Notes: generated from the sequence alone by a model not told the origin. 64,000 nt of DNA from Candidatus Spongiisociaceae bacterium (GCA_965202665.1 OZ241841.1:384001-448000); one strand, 5' to 3'. Shown: positions 1-10,618, counted from the stretch's first letter. Translations and numbers: made by a program.

Positions 1-776
1 CCGCTTCGGGCGAAGATTCGCAGGGCCCCGGCCAAGTCCAGGCCGCCCGTCCCCAAAGCGACGCACGGCCACCATCCGGCCGGGTCGTCCCGGTCGGCGG
101 CGGCCATGTCGATGTCTTTGACGTGCAGCATCATGACGTGTTCCGCCGTCAGCCGGGCCGCCTGCAGCAAATCCGAGCCGACCCGCACCACGTTGGCGGT
201 GTCGAACACCACCCCCAACCGGGCCTGCGGAAAGCCGCCGTTGGCCCCGTTGACCCGCTCCACAAGTTCCATCAGGGCCGGGACCGACAGGGCGCAGTGG
301 GTTTCCACCGCCAGCGACACCCCCCGCTCCGCCGCGTAACGGCAGGCGAACTCCAGGGCCGGGGCCAGGCGGGCCGCCGCGTCGGCCTCCGGTTCTTTCC
401 GCCAATGGGTGAAAGTGCCGACCACGATCCGCATCAGCGGGATGTCCAGTTCGGCGGCGTATTCGACGCACCGCAGCATTTCCACCAGGCGCGGGGCGGA
501 GCGGCCCATATGCAAACCGCTTTGCGGGCCTTCCGAATGCCCCCAGGCCAGAACCGCTTCCAGCCCGTGTCGGTTCAGGCGGGCGGCCAGTTCCCGCCGC
601 CAAGCCGGGTCGTCCAGGCGGAGGTAGCAGGTTTCCAGGCTGACCCCGTCCGCCCGCAGGGCCGCCGCCCGTTCCAGGAAATCCCAGGTGTCCCAGCGGA
701 GGCCCGGGTCTTCTTCGCCGTCCCGTATCTCCCCGAAGAAGCGGTGATAGGAGTAGGTGTCGATCCCCACCCGCAT
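1..776 (-). CDS. Sugar phosphate isomerase/epimerase (xylose isomerase-like TIM barrel), runs off the left edge
   Basis: Manual translation (absent from the ORF track): MRVGIDTYSYHRFF...LAVETH...VVFDTAN...LHVKD, the typical E/D/H metal motifs; AAAGGAGG RBS upstream of ATG 776. Confidence 0.85.
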   Translation of the reverse strand, partial: MRVGIDTYSYHRFFGEIRDGEEDPGLRWDTWDFLERAAALRADGVSLETCYLRLDDPAWRRELAARLNRHGLEAVLAWGHSEGPQSGLHMGRSAPRLVEMLRCVEYAAELDIPLMRIVVGTFTHWRKEPEADAAARLAPALEFACRYAAERGVSLAVETHCALSVPALMELVERVNGANGGFPQARLGVVFDTANVVRVGSDLLQAARLTAEHVMMLHVKDIDMAAADRDDPAGWWPCVALGTGGLDLAGALRIFARS

Positions 777-828
777 TCGGGGCCTCCTTTCGCCGGCCCG
801 GGTTCGCCCGTCCCGGCGGAGCCGTTTC

Positions 829-1926
829 CTATTCCACGCCGGGGACGGAGGCCAGGCCGCCGGTGCGCACGCTGTCGTAGGCGGCGGCCACCACCTCCAC
901 CGTTTTGGCCCCCACGTCGGCGGGCGACCGGTTGGGGACGTCCAGGCCTTTGGTGAGGTCGATGAGGGCGTTGGGCGGGCCGTCGCACAGGTAAAGGCCG
1001 GCGTGGTCGGGCAGGTTCACTTTGTTGTCGGTTCCGTCCTCCCGGTAGTGCCATAGGAAATCCCGTTCCAAGTCGGCGATCAGCTGGCCTTCCGAGCCGT
1101 AGAAGCGCATCAGCAACTGATGGCGGGGCCACGGCTCCCCTTCCCCGCCGATGGCGTTGGCCGGGGCGGGGCAACTGGCGCCGCTCAGGGTTCCGGTGGC
1201 CCCGGAGGCGTAGCGGATGCTGATGGCGTCGTGCAGGTCCACCCGGGCCCCCACGTTGTTCATCAGGGCGAAAACGTCTTTGGCCCGCTCCCCGCTCAGC
1301 CACAGGGCCAGGCCCATGGCGTGGCTCAACTGGGCGGGCGCGTAGCCGCCGCCGGACATCGCCGGGTCGGTCCAAGTGTCCCAGTCGGGCATGAAATCGG
1401 AGGCCGAACCCTGGTAAGCCCCGGTGGCTTTCAGCAGTTCGCGGGTGCCGGAGGCCATCGCCACCCACATATGTTCGATCTGGCCGATGCCCCCCTCTTC
1501 GGTCATAATTTTTTTCGCCGCTATTCCCAGCGGGCGGTAGTGCCATCCGAAGGAGATGAGGAGATGCCGCCCCAGCCGTTGGGCCGTTTCGTGCAGGTCC
1601 CAGGCTTGGGCCGGGTCGATGGTGACCGGCTTTTCGCACAGCACGTTCAAACCCGCTTCCATGGCCGCTTTGGAATGTTCATGGTGGAACACGGAGGGAC
1701 TGGCCACGATGGCCGCGTCCAAGTCCATCTCCAGCGCCTCCCGGTAGTCTTCGGCGACGTGCTGGAAACCGAACTGGTCTTTCAGCAGTTGCAGTTCGTC
1801 TTGGCCTTTGCGCACCGCCACCACCAGTTCCACATCGTCGCGCTCGCGCAACACGGGGATGTGGTTGCCGGCCGCCCAAGAACCGGCTCCGATGATTCCG
1901 ACCCGCACCCGTTCGTTGGCTCCCAT
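829..1926 (-). CDS. Gfo/Idh/MocA family oxidoreductase
   Basis: GIIGAGSWA Rossmann motif and LCEKP motif; start at MGANERV after AAAGGAGG. Confidence 0.92.
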   Translation of the reverse strand: MGANERVRVGIIGAGSWAAGNHIPVLRERDDVELVVAVRKGQDELQLLKDQFGFQHVAEDYREALEMDLDAAIVASPSVFHHEHSKAAMEAGLNVLCEKPVTIDPAQAWDLHETAQRLGRHLLISFGWHYRPLGIAAKKIMTEEGGIGQIEHMWVAMASGTRELLKATGAYQGSASDFMPDWDTWTDPAMSGGGYAPAQLSHAMGLALWLSGERAKDVFALMNNVGARVDLHDAISIRYASGATGTLSGASCPAPANAIGGEGEPWPRHQLLMRFYGSEGQLIADLERDFLWHYREDGTDNKVNLPDHAGLYLCDGPPNALIDLTKGLDVPNRSPADVGAKTVEVVAAAYDSVRTGGLASVPGVE

Positions 1927-1962
1927 TTGCTCCGACCCTCCTTTGCCGTTTGAGTATCTTGG

Positions 1963-1978
1963 CAGGTATCGTTTCCAA
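1963..1978. promoter_or_regulatory. Putative LacI-family operator in a divergent intergenic region
   Basis: GGTATCGTTTCC (revcomp GGAAACGATACC), CG-centred, 1 mismatch from the core of the 29558 site. Confidence 0.55.
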
Positions 1979-2023
1979 CCATACACCAGCGGGGCCGCCG
2001 GCGGGCGGCGGGACGAGGGAGAA

Positions 2024-2773
2024 ATGACCGACCACGATTTTTACGGGACGTTGCCCGGCTTTGCGGGGCGGACGGCGGTGGTGACCGGGGCGGGGGGCGG
2101 CATCGGGCGGGCGGTGGCCGACGGCTTGGCCGGGCAGGGGGCCCGCACCGCCTATCTGGATGTGGCCCCGCCCCCCGATGTCGCGATGTTCGAAGGGCGG
2201 GCGGACAGGTGTTTCGTGGAATGCGACGTGTCGGACGCCGACTCGGTGGACGCGGCCTTCGGGGCGGTGGAGGCCCGATGGGGGACGGTTTCCATTTTGG
2301 TGAACAACGCCGGTATTTTCCGCATTCAGCCGCTGGAGGAAATGACTTTGGCGGATTGGGAGCGGATGCTGTCCGTCAACCTGACCGGGGTGTTCCTGTG
2401 CGCCAAACGGGCCCTGCCGGGGATGCGGGAGGCGGGTTACGGGCGGATCGTCAACCTGGGGTCCAGCGCCGGGAAAACGGGGGGGAGCAAAAACATGGCC
2501 GCCTACGCCGCCTCCAAAGCGGCGGTGATGTCGTTCACCAAGTCGGTGGCCTCCGAATACGCCGCCCACGGGATCACCAGCAACGCTTTGGCCCCGGCCC
2601 TGATAAACACCAGCATGGCGGAGGGCATAGCCGACCTGAAACATCTCATCCCGGTGGGCCGCCTGGGCGAACCGGAGGATGTGGCCCGGGCGGTCCTGTT
2701 CCTGGCCTCCGAGCAGGCTTCTTTCATAACCGCCGAAGTAATGGACGTAAACGGAGGCTTCCTAGTAGACTAA
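2024..2773 (+). CDS. Short-chain dehydrogenase/reductase (FabG-like SDR)
   Basis: TGAGGGIG, NNAG, YAASK and VNGG motifs; GAGGGAG RBS. Confidence 0.92.
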   Translation: MTDHDFYGTLPGFAGRTAVVTGAGGGIGRAVADGLAGQGARTAYLDVAPPPDVAMFEGRADRCFVECDVSDADSVDAAFGAVEARWGTVSILVNNAGIFRIQPLEEMTLADWERMLSVNLTGVFLCAKRALPGMREAGYGRIVNLGSSAGKTGGSKNMAAYAASKAAVMSFTKSVASEYAAHGITSNALAPALINTSMAEGIADLKHLIPVGRLGEPEDVARAVLFLASEQASFITAEVMDVNGGFLVD

Positions 2774-4015
2774 ACAACACCCGTCCCTGAACCCAACCGC
2801 GCAGAATATCAGGGGCCGAAGGTTTGTTGGGCGGGGGCGGTGGCCTCGTGGGCGTGTTGCAGAAGGTTGTTCCAAGACACGATCAGCGAATTGTAAGCCA
2901 CCGCATCCTCGGTACGGCCAGCGCCGTTGGCCACCTCATATAACAGATAGGCCAGATGACGGGCGTAGTCGCCCAAACCCGGCCCCGCCCGAGCCAGCAA
3001 CACCCCGGCCTGGGCATCCGACCTGCCCTGGCGGGCCACCAAATGCTGAGTAAGCTCCCACACCGTCAACCGCCGATCCTCCGCCGGATCCCACTCCGGG
3101 TCCAACTCATCCCTGGTCAACAACCGCACCTTGCCGCCCTTGGATTCCGCCACCTCCGCCTCCACCACCCCCGACACCGACGTGTTCATCGCCTTCGCCA
3201 ACGTCTCCGCATCCCCAAACGGACCCGGCTGATGCCCAAACTGCCGATACCAAGTCAGGGCGAACCGACTGTCGGCATCCAAATCAGTTTCCTCCTGGGA
3301 CAGGATTTCTTCCAGCACCCCGTTAATCAAGGCAAGGGCGGTGCGCACCCGCATCGTGGAACCGTCCGCTTCCACCACCCGCTTATACCGGGAGAACACC
3401 CGCATACCCGGCCCGATAGCCGACTGCGCCATATCCACCGGCGGAATCGCCTGCTCCTGCAACAGCCCCACCGCCTCCGGTAATTCTTCCCGCAACGCCG
3501 CCAAAAACCCACCCCGCGTCTCCAACCGCGCATCCACAGAACGAGGCCGACAAGCCAACACCACCGACGACGACAACGCCGCGGCACCTTCGGCCACCGC
3601 CCGATTCGCCATCTCAGTTCGAACCGGCCACGTAGCAGTAACCTCTAAGCCAGCATCCACCAAGCCCTGCAAAAACGTCTCCCAACCGGTAGATGTTGTC
3701 GCCCCCTCTTTTATTTCCTGTTGCTTGAAAGCGTAAAAAATGGTTGCAGGAAAATCGGGATGTTGGACGCCAGAAATTTGCTCCATGACTTTGGTCATCT
3801 TCGATTCAAAATAGGACTTCGCCGCCACTTTGGAACCGGCTCGCCAAGGGTTCGCCACTAACTCCTCCTGTTTGGGAGTCAATAATGTCGCACACTCATC
3901 CGGCCATACTCTAGATAAGTTACGACGCAACCACACATAGTAAAAATCAGATATATCCGCATACTGTATATTATCGTAATAAGGCGGATCAGTACAAACT
4001 ACTGGTTTATTAATT

Positions 4016-5431
4016 GGCTCTTCGGATTTGAGGGGGGAGTTGGGGGTTAGGGGGGTTGCGTTGGTTTTGGGGTGGGGTCCTCCATAATCGGGGTTGTAAA
4101 CATATTCCCGAGGGTTAGGAGGACCCCTGTGGTGGCTGATTGTAGGCGGGTGAGTAGGGTTTTGGTGGGGTTGGATGGTGTTGAGGTGGTGGACGCGGAG
4201 GAGACGGCCGGGGGGTTGCTGGTGGTGGGGGTGCGGTTGGTGGGGAGTCCGCGGTGCGGGGGGTGCGGGGGCGGGGTGTTAAGTAAGGGTTGGAAGAGGG
4301 CGCGGTTGGTGGATCAGCCCTGTTTCGGCCGGGCGGTGATTTTGGAGTGGTTCAAACGGCGGTGGCGGTGTCCTGATGCGGGATGCGGGGTGGGGTCGTT
4401 TACGGAGCAGGACCCGCGGGTAGCCCCGCCGCGGGCCCGGTTGACTTCTCGGGCGGCTAGGTGGGCGACGCAGCAGGTGGGCCAGGGGCGGACGGTGTCG
4501 GGGGTGGCGGAGGAGCTTGGTTGCGACTGGCATACGGTGTCCAAGGAGGTGAACCGGTGGGGGGAAGCCCTGCTGGAAGCCGACCAGGATAGGGTGGGGA
4601 TAGTGGAGGCTTTAGGGTTGGACGAGACCCTGTTCCTCCGCCAGGGCCCTTGGCGGCGGCGGATGTGGATAACCGCGGCGGTGGACATCCGCAACCGTCG
4701 GCTGATCGACGTTTTCCCAGGTAAAGACGCTAAAGGAGCCGTACGGTGGCTGCTGGAGCAGCCGGCCGGGTGGCGGGAGAAAATACGATGGGCCACCCTG
4801 GATCTGTCCGGAGCTTACCGGGCCGCCTATAACCAGGCGCTGCCCAACGCCGTTCAGATCGCCGACCCGTTCCACGTCGTCCGGCTGGCCAACCTGTGCC
4901 TGGACCGGGTGCGCCGCCGCGTGCAAGAAGAAACCCTGGGACACCGCGGACGGAAAGGCGACGACCTCTACCGGATACGCAAACTCCTCACCCTCGCCCG
5001 CGAACGGCTCGACCCCCGCAGCGAGCAAAAACTGACCGGCCTCCTCCAAGCAGGAGACCCCCGCGGGGAAGTACGCGATGCATGGCACGCTAAAGAAACC
5101 GTACGGGGAATCTACCAAACCAACCACCCCTCCGAAGGCGACGAATACAACCGTCTGCTCGCCGCGGAACTCCAAGACCAATCATGCTCACCCGAACTCA
5201 ACCAACTCGGACGCACCCTCCACACCTGGCACCAACAGATCGTCGCCTGGCATCACGCCCAAGTAAGCAACGGACCCACCGAATCAGCCAACAACCTCAT
5301 CAAACGCGTCAAACGCGTCGCCTTCGGCTTCCGCAACTTCCGCAACTACCGAACCCGCATCCTCCTCTACGCAGGAAAACCCAACTGGAACCTACTCCCC
5401 AACCTCACTCCCCCCTAAAATCCGAAGAGCC
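4016..5431 (+). mobile_element. ISL3-family insertion sequence (1416 bp) with 8-bp TSD
   Basis: Terminal IRs GGCTCTTCGGATTT(G/T)AGGGGGGAGT match 24/25; TATTAATT duplicated at 4008-4015 and 5432-5439. Confidence 0.95.
4072..5418 (+). CDS. ISL3-family transposase
   Basis: Zn finger CGGCG...RWRC, GLDET, TLDLS, ADPFHVV, SNGPTESANN..KRVAFGFRN. Confidence 0.95.
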   Translation: MGSSIIGVVNIFPRVRRTPVVADCRRVSRVLVGLDGVEVVDAEETAGGLLVVGVRLVGSPRCGGCGGGVLSKGWKRARLVDQPCFGRAVILEWFKRRWRCPDAGCGVGSFTEQDPRVAPPRARLTSRAARWATQQVGQGRTVSGVAEELGCDWHTVSKEVNRWGEALLEADQDRVGIVEALGLDETLFLRQGPWRRRMWITAAVDIRNRRLIDVFPGKDAKGAVRWLLEQPAGWREKIRWATLDLSGAYRAAYNQALPNAVQIADPFHVVRLANLCLDRVRRRVQEETLGHRGRKGDDLYRIRKLLTLARERLDPRSEQKLTGLLQAGDPRGEVRDAWHAKETVRGIYQTNHPSEGDEYNRLLAAELQDQSCSPELNQLGRTLHTWHQQIVAWHHAQVSNGPTESANNLIKRVKRVAFGFRNFRNYRTRILLYAGKPNWNLLPNLTPP

Positions 5432-6585
5432 TATTAATTTCCCCTAAGCGCGCCACCGCATCTCGTTGACATACCTCGCCAAACTGAGAACTTGGTAATA
5501 TAGCGACGGCTCTCGCTACCCATTCAACCTGACCCAACCAATTGCCGGTAGAGGAAGAAAACGGGTTGGCCTCAGCATAATCCCACACCATAGCTACAGC
5601 CTGCCTACCAAAAAGACCTTGAACCTTTTCTCCTCCATCCCACCATCTTGACAGGCTATTCCATCGAACAGCACAACGATCTAAGGCAAAAGATAGGTAA
5701 GTAGTCATTGCATCCGCATAGGCGACATTACCTGTTCCACCATCCCTGAAATTTGCTTTGTCGTTATCCAATCCCGCGTGTAAAGCATCCGCTTCCGCCA
5801 TCGCTCTCACGTCTTCTAGCAAATCGGAAAAAGCATTCAACGCAGACAACTGCCTGTCAGTGAATAAATCTCCCCACTCCGTCATACCATATAAGGGAAC
5901 GTTGTTAGCGGCCTTACCAACCAGTCTACCGGTTGGTTTCCAACCCGCTGGAGAAGCATCCGGTATTTTGGACGGGTTTTGATATATACGACCGGGATTG
6001 CCCTCAAGAACAACACCTATAGGGGATTCACTCATCAATCCTAATCTGCCCTGCTCCCGAATATATTTAAACCCAATGGGCGCGCCGGTAGCTACGCAGA
6101 CGCCGCCTCCCCGACCCATGGTGCCTCCTCTTGGGGTCCCGCCTTCCCTAACCTGATAGGTCACCGTTTGGGTATCCCGATTCACAATCGGCTCCACCCA
6201 TGCTACCGGCTTGTTTTTTTTGGCTTTACGTAACACCCCGGATTTGAGAAGGGGAACATGGCCTTTCCAGGACGGGTCAGGGGACTGGACGGTCCGGGCC
6301 CACAACCAGGCAATTACCGTTTTGCCATCCACCTTCGGATACAGATGGCCGATACGCTCCCATGCCCGCTCTCGCATCCACTGCCCGTAGTATCTGATGT
6401 CCTCTGCCAAACCTTGCGCGCCCTCCCATGTCTTCAACCCCGACTCCGCCCGGCTTCTCGGATTGACCGGCGGCCGTCCCGCAAAGCGGGGCGGAATCTC
6501 CACCATCGCCTTCGTTATGAGAACCGGGACCGGATTTAGGTCGCCCCCGTACGCCGGCAGTCCCAGCCGTTGCGCCTCCAAAGGG

Positions 6586-6600
6586 CCCCCCCCCCCCCCC
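6586..6600. repeat. 15-nt C homopolymer (G15 on the coding strand) in MTase motif I
   Basis: Counted directly; causes the frameshift between ORFs 6277..6963 and 5415..6581. Confidence 0.9.
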
Positions 6601-7085
6601 GCAGAAGGGGTCTAAAACATTGGGCAAGTCATCCCCGCACGACGCCTTAATCTCGGCCTTGGCTTCGGCCAGCACATCCGGGTCGTTGCTGTTTTCCCAC
6701 ACCACCAAACGTTCCAGAATGTCAAACAGCCGCTTGCGCTCCGTCTTCTGGTCTTCCGCCGTGGGGAACCTGCCGGGATGGGCGGACGGGTCGTCCACCA
6801 GCGACGACCACAGCACAGCCCGCACCGCCGCCAGCGGACGGCGGGCCCACCACAGATGCAAAGTGGAAGGATGGCCGTGGCGGATGGACTTCTCGCGGGC
6901 CGACTCCCGGCTTATCGCCTCCAACGGCAACGCCACCTCAATCAGTTTTCGTTTCGGAGCCATCCATCTCCTCGGGGAAGTTTCCTCCAGCCTACCCGTC
7001 CCGCCGGGTCATCGCCCAACCCGGCGCGGGGATAAACCCTCCCCCCACCGGACCCGCTGTCATCCGCCGACGGTGAAACCTCTTC

Positions 7086-8504
7086 CTAGCCTGCCACCAT
7101 TGTGGTGGTCGTAGTCGTTGTGCTAGTAGTCGTAGTGGTGGAAGCAGTCCCGGTGATGACCGGTTCGGCAACGGCCGTAGAATCTACGGGTTCCGTAGTG
7201 GTGGTGGTAACAGCGGGGGTAACCTCGGTGGTAGAAGTCGTGGTAGTGGTCGTTGCCGCCTCCGTTGTGGTTACAATTCCTCCTTCACCAGGATCCCCGG
7301 CGTCGTCAGTCGATGGCGGGACGGTAGTCTCCTCACCCGGTTCCGGTACGGAAGAACTCGTTGTGCCCTCATTAGTTGGAATGGTGGGCGGAGGCGGATC
7401 GCCCTCCCCCGGTACCGGAGGCGGCAAAACAGTAGCCCCCTCCACCGTACCATAAACGGCACCCGCCGCCTCATAATAATCCCGCAGCTCGTAAGCGTCT
7501 GTCATCGCCGGTGGAAGCCTAGTGTCAATGCCAATACGCCCCTCCGTCAAAATATTACGCTCCTCCATCGCTTTTCTAACTCTTTTAACTAAATCCTCTA
7601 ATGGAATAATCAACTGACTTCTCACCTCATCATTAATAGCAAAATCTATATTCTGTGATGTAACTGTTATATCACCTTTATCATTTCTTTGTACAAACCA
7701 AATATCTATTGCAAACCAAGTTTCTACCGCAAGAGTATCAGGAGTAGTAAGGAAAAGCACTAACTCTTTACCTTCAAATTCGTTAGCAGTCCAAGCCTGC
7801 GGATAATCCATATGCTCTTCCTCAGAAATACCCGAACTTATTGCCTCATCAAACAATGCTTTAGATGGATAGATTCCATACAGTGCAACAGTTAATAACG
7901 GTGGACCTTCACCTATAATATAGTCACTAACAATAAAATCAGCAAAACACATATAAAAATACATTCGATCTAGGCTAGGCAAACCCGCCTTTATATCATC
8001 AGGAGCATAGCTTTCTAAAATAAAAGGATACGCTTCACACCGAGTCGAATCATCCTGCACTACACCCCTCACCACCAAGTGCGTCCCCATGGTATCGAGA
8101 CCATCAGGCCCTAACAATCTTGTCAGAAAATTCAACTCAGTAACCCCACTAATTGATGCTGATACACCTTTTGTTTCTCGACGTGAGGGCGAGCTCGGCG
8201 CACAAGGATCACCACCAGAACCGCCATCAACACTACAAGGCGTAACCTCACCCTCCAAATAAGCCCTATCGGAACGATAAACAACACGAGCCCCGGACTC
8301 ATCCGAAACCTGTTGCGACACCTCTATCGATGCCTCACTCCCCGAAGATGCCACACCAGAACCTTCCACACCCACCGAAGAATCCACAGGCAATACCTCG
8401 TCAGGAACCGTTAAGACACCTTCATCTGATACATTCGCGCACGCTTGCGCAAACAAGACCAAAGCCAGTAACATGCAAAGGATATGGCGACCAAACATCT
8501 TCAT
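7086..8504 (-). CDS. Hypothetical lipoprotein with Pro/Thr-rich C-terminus
   Basis: Lipobox-like FAQAC; AT-richer core; PPPVPG and poly-Thr tail. Confidence 0.7.
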   Translation of the reverse strand: MKMFGRHILCMLLALVLFAQACANVSDEGVLTVPDEVLPVDSSVGVEGSGVASSGSEASIEVSQQVSDESGARVVYRSDRAYLEGEVTPCSVDGGSGGDPCAPSSPSRRETKGVSASISGVTELNFLTRLLGPDGLDTMGTHLVVRGVVQDDSTRCEAYPFILESYAPDDIKAGLPSLDRMYFYMCFADFIVSDYIIGEGPPLLTVALYGIYPSKALFDEAISSGISEEEHMDYPQAWTANEFEGKELVLFLTTPDTLAVETWFAIDIWFVQRNDKGDITVTSQNIDFAINDEVRSQLIIPLEDLVKRVRKAMEERNILTEGRIGIDTRLPPAMTDAYELRDYYEAAGAVYGTVEGATVLPPPVPGEGDPPPPTIPTNEGTTSSSVPEPGEETTVPPSTDDAGDPGEGGIVTTTEAATTTTTTSTTEVTPAVTTTTTEPVDSTAVAEPVITGTASTTTTTSTTTTTTTMVAG

Positions 8505-8741
8505 TCAACCTTTCCGTCAACCTATCGGGATTGTAGTCGCCTCCCGTCTTCGGTTGCCTCCATTGTAACACATCCCCCCTCCCGGTGCTAAACAAACCGG
8601 GAAATATTTTACGGCGAATGAATAGCTATTCCGAGTTGCGGATTAGCCGGCGCGATGTTGCCGAGAGTGGGGGGAGGAGGGTTAGCGGCGGAGGATGGGG
8701 GCGATCCAAAACCAGTTCCCATCCCTTGAGGTCATGGGGCG

Positions 8742-8770
8742 GGAACTTTCTTGGGGGGCGGGGTCGTCTA
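8742..8770 (+). promoter_or_regulatory. Putative ECF sigma factor promoter
   Basis: GGAACT-N17-CGTCTA ending about 30 nt upstream of ATG 8800. Confidence 0.55.
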
Positions 8771-8799
8771 AAGGGCAACCTAACCGGAAGGAGGTTGCT

Positions 8800-10578
8800 A
8801 TGAAGAAGATGAAAGCCGCCGTTGCGTTGCTGGCGGCGGGTGCGGTGCTGGCGTCCGCCTGCGGGGGACGGGGCGGCGCGGGCGATGAAACCGTTCCGGC
8901 GGATGCGGGGAACTTGTGGGAAAGGCAGGAGTCCCTGCTGGCCCGGTCCGGCACGGAAGCTGTTACGGCCACCACGGCCGCCCCGGCGGTCACCGCCGCT
9001 CCCGCTACCACGGCGGCCGCGATGGAAACGGAAAGGCATTCTTTCAGCGTCGACGCCGCGGAAGACGACTCGGACTGGTCCATGTCCCGGACCTATACGC
9101 GGGAGTCGGATTGGGGGGCGGCCGAAGAAGCCTGGCCGTCGGAACCGGAGCCCTACCACCGCCCGGAACCGGATGAGACGACCTTCGAAGACTACCGGCG
9201 CGCCGGGTTCGTCCCCACCGAAGTGGACGGCCTCTCCACTTTCAGCCTGGACACCGACCGAACCTCGTTCCAGTTGGCCCTCAACTGGGCCAGATCCGGC
9301 TATGACATAAACCCGGATTCGGTGCGGGCCGAAGAATGGGCCAACTCCTTCGACTACCGCTACCGGCGTCCCGGAAGCGCCGAACGGTTCGCCATCACCT
9401 CCGACTTGGTGCGGCATCCGCTGGACCACGGCAAGCATCTGGTGCGCATCGGGTTCCAAGCCCCGGCCTGGCATGAGGTGGCGGGAAGCGACCGCCCGCT
9501 CAACGTGACGCTGGTGCTGGACTCGTCCGGTTCCATGGCGGAAGGCAACCGGGTGGCCATCGCCCGCTCGGCGGCGGAGATCATTCGCCGCAGCCTGCGC
9601 GACCAGGACCTGATCAGCGTGGTGCAGTTCAGCGAAGACGTCCTGCGCCGCCTGTCGGTCCCCCACTCCTCCCCCGACGACGAACGGATCGTCCAATCCA
9701 TCAGCCGCCTGGAACCACGCAACTCCACCAACGTGCAAGCCGGGCTGGACCTGGGGGTGCGGATGGCCGACCTGGCCCGCCGGGAGCGCCCCACGGCAGC
9801 AAACTACGTCATTCTGATGTCGGACGGGGTGGCCAATGTGGACGCCACCGACCCGTTCTCCATCCTGGAATCGGCCTACGACGCCGACCCGGCCAACCCG
9901 TTGCGGCTGATCACCATCGGAGTGGGGATAGCCAACTACAACGATGAGTTGCTGGAACAACTGGCCCAGTACGGCAACGGCTGGTACCGGTATCTGGACA
10001 CCCCCGAACAGGCCCGGGACGTGTTCGAGCGGGAAAGTTGGCTGTCCCTGTCGGTCCCGTTCGCCGACCAGGCCCGGGCGCAGGTGGCGTGGGACGAAGA
10101 AGCGGTGCGTTCCTGGCGCCTGGTCGGATACGAAAACCGGGTCACCTCCGACCGGTCGTTCTACGAAAACCGGAAAAAGTTCGCCGAAATACCGGCCGGG
10201 ACCGCCACCACCGTCTTCTACGAGGTGGAAATCAACGACTGGGCGGAACAGGGCCGGGACGGCGGGCTGGGCCTGGGACAGGTGCGGTTGCGGTGGGTGA
10301 ACCCGGACAACGGGCGCAACCGGGAGCAGATGTCCTGGATCGTGTCAGAACCGGAAACCGGTTTCTCCGGGGCGGATCCGCTGTTGCGGTTCGGAGCGGT
10401 GGTGGCCCTGTCCGCCGACCGCTACTCCAGCCTCCCCCACGCCGACCCGGACCGGGTGTACGCCGACCTGCGCCGCCTGTCCGATCACCTGCTGGGTTTG
10501 GAAGGGCGGCTGCGCGAAACCGCCGGCTACCGCGACTTCGGATACGTGCTGAACCGCCTGCTCTGGCTCACCGCCTGA
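8800..10578 (+). CDS. YfbK-like von Willebrand factor A domain lipoprotein
   Basis: Lipobox LASAC; STFSLDTD..S, VRAEEW, MIDAS DSSGSM, ILMSDG, WRLVGYENR; AAGGAGG RBS. Confidence 0.88.
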   Translation: MKKMKAAVALLAAGAVLASACGGRGGAGDETVPADAGNLWERQESLLARSGTEAVTATTAAPAVTAAPATTAAAMETERHSFSVDAAEDDSDWSMSRTYTRESDWGAAEEAWPSEPEPYHRPEPDETTFEDYRRAGFVPTEVDGLSTFSLDTDRTSFQLALNWARSGYDINPDSVRAEEWANSFDYRYRRPGSAERFAITSDLVRHPLDHGKHLVRIGFQAPAWHEVAGSDRPLNVTLVLDSSGSMAEGNRVAIARSAAEIIRRSLRDQDLISVVQFSEDVLRRLSVPHSSPDDERIVQSISRLEPRNSTNVQAGLDLGVRMADLARRERPTAANYVILMSDGVANVDATDPFSILESAYDADPANPLRLITIGVGIANYNDELLEQLAQYGNGWYRYLDTPEQARDVFERESWLSLSVPFADQARAQVAWDEEAVRSWRLVGYENRVTSDRSFYENRKKFAEIPAGTATTVFYEVEINDWAEQGRDGGLGLGQVRLRWVNPDNGRNREQMSWIVSEPETGFSGADPLLRFGAVVALSADRYSSLPHADPDRVYADLRRLSDHLLGLEGRLRETAGYRDFGYVLNRLLWLTA

Positions 10579-10618
10579 CCCGGGCTCCCCCTCCCGAAAA
10601 GGCCGGGCCCGGCCTACG

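Larger units (their letters stand above)
2809..6963 (-). pseudogene. DUF1156-family adenine DNA methyltransferase, frameshifted at a G15 run and interrupted by ISL3
   Basis: N-terminal [19 protein letters not shown] and DPFCGGG motif I; DPPYY is restored after removing the IS; three fragments 6963-6586, 6581-5432 and 4015-2809. Confidence 0.88.
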
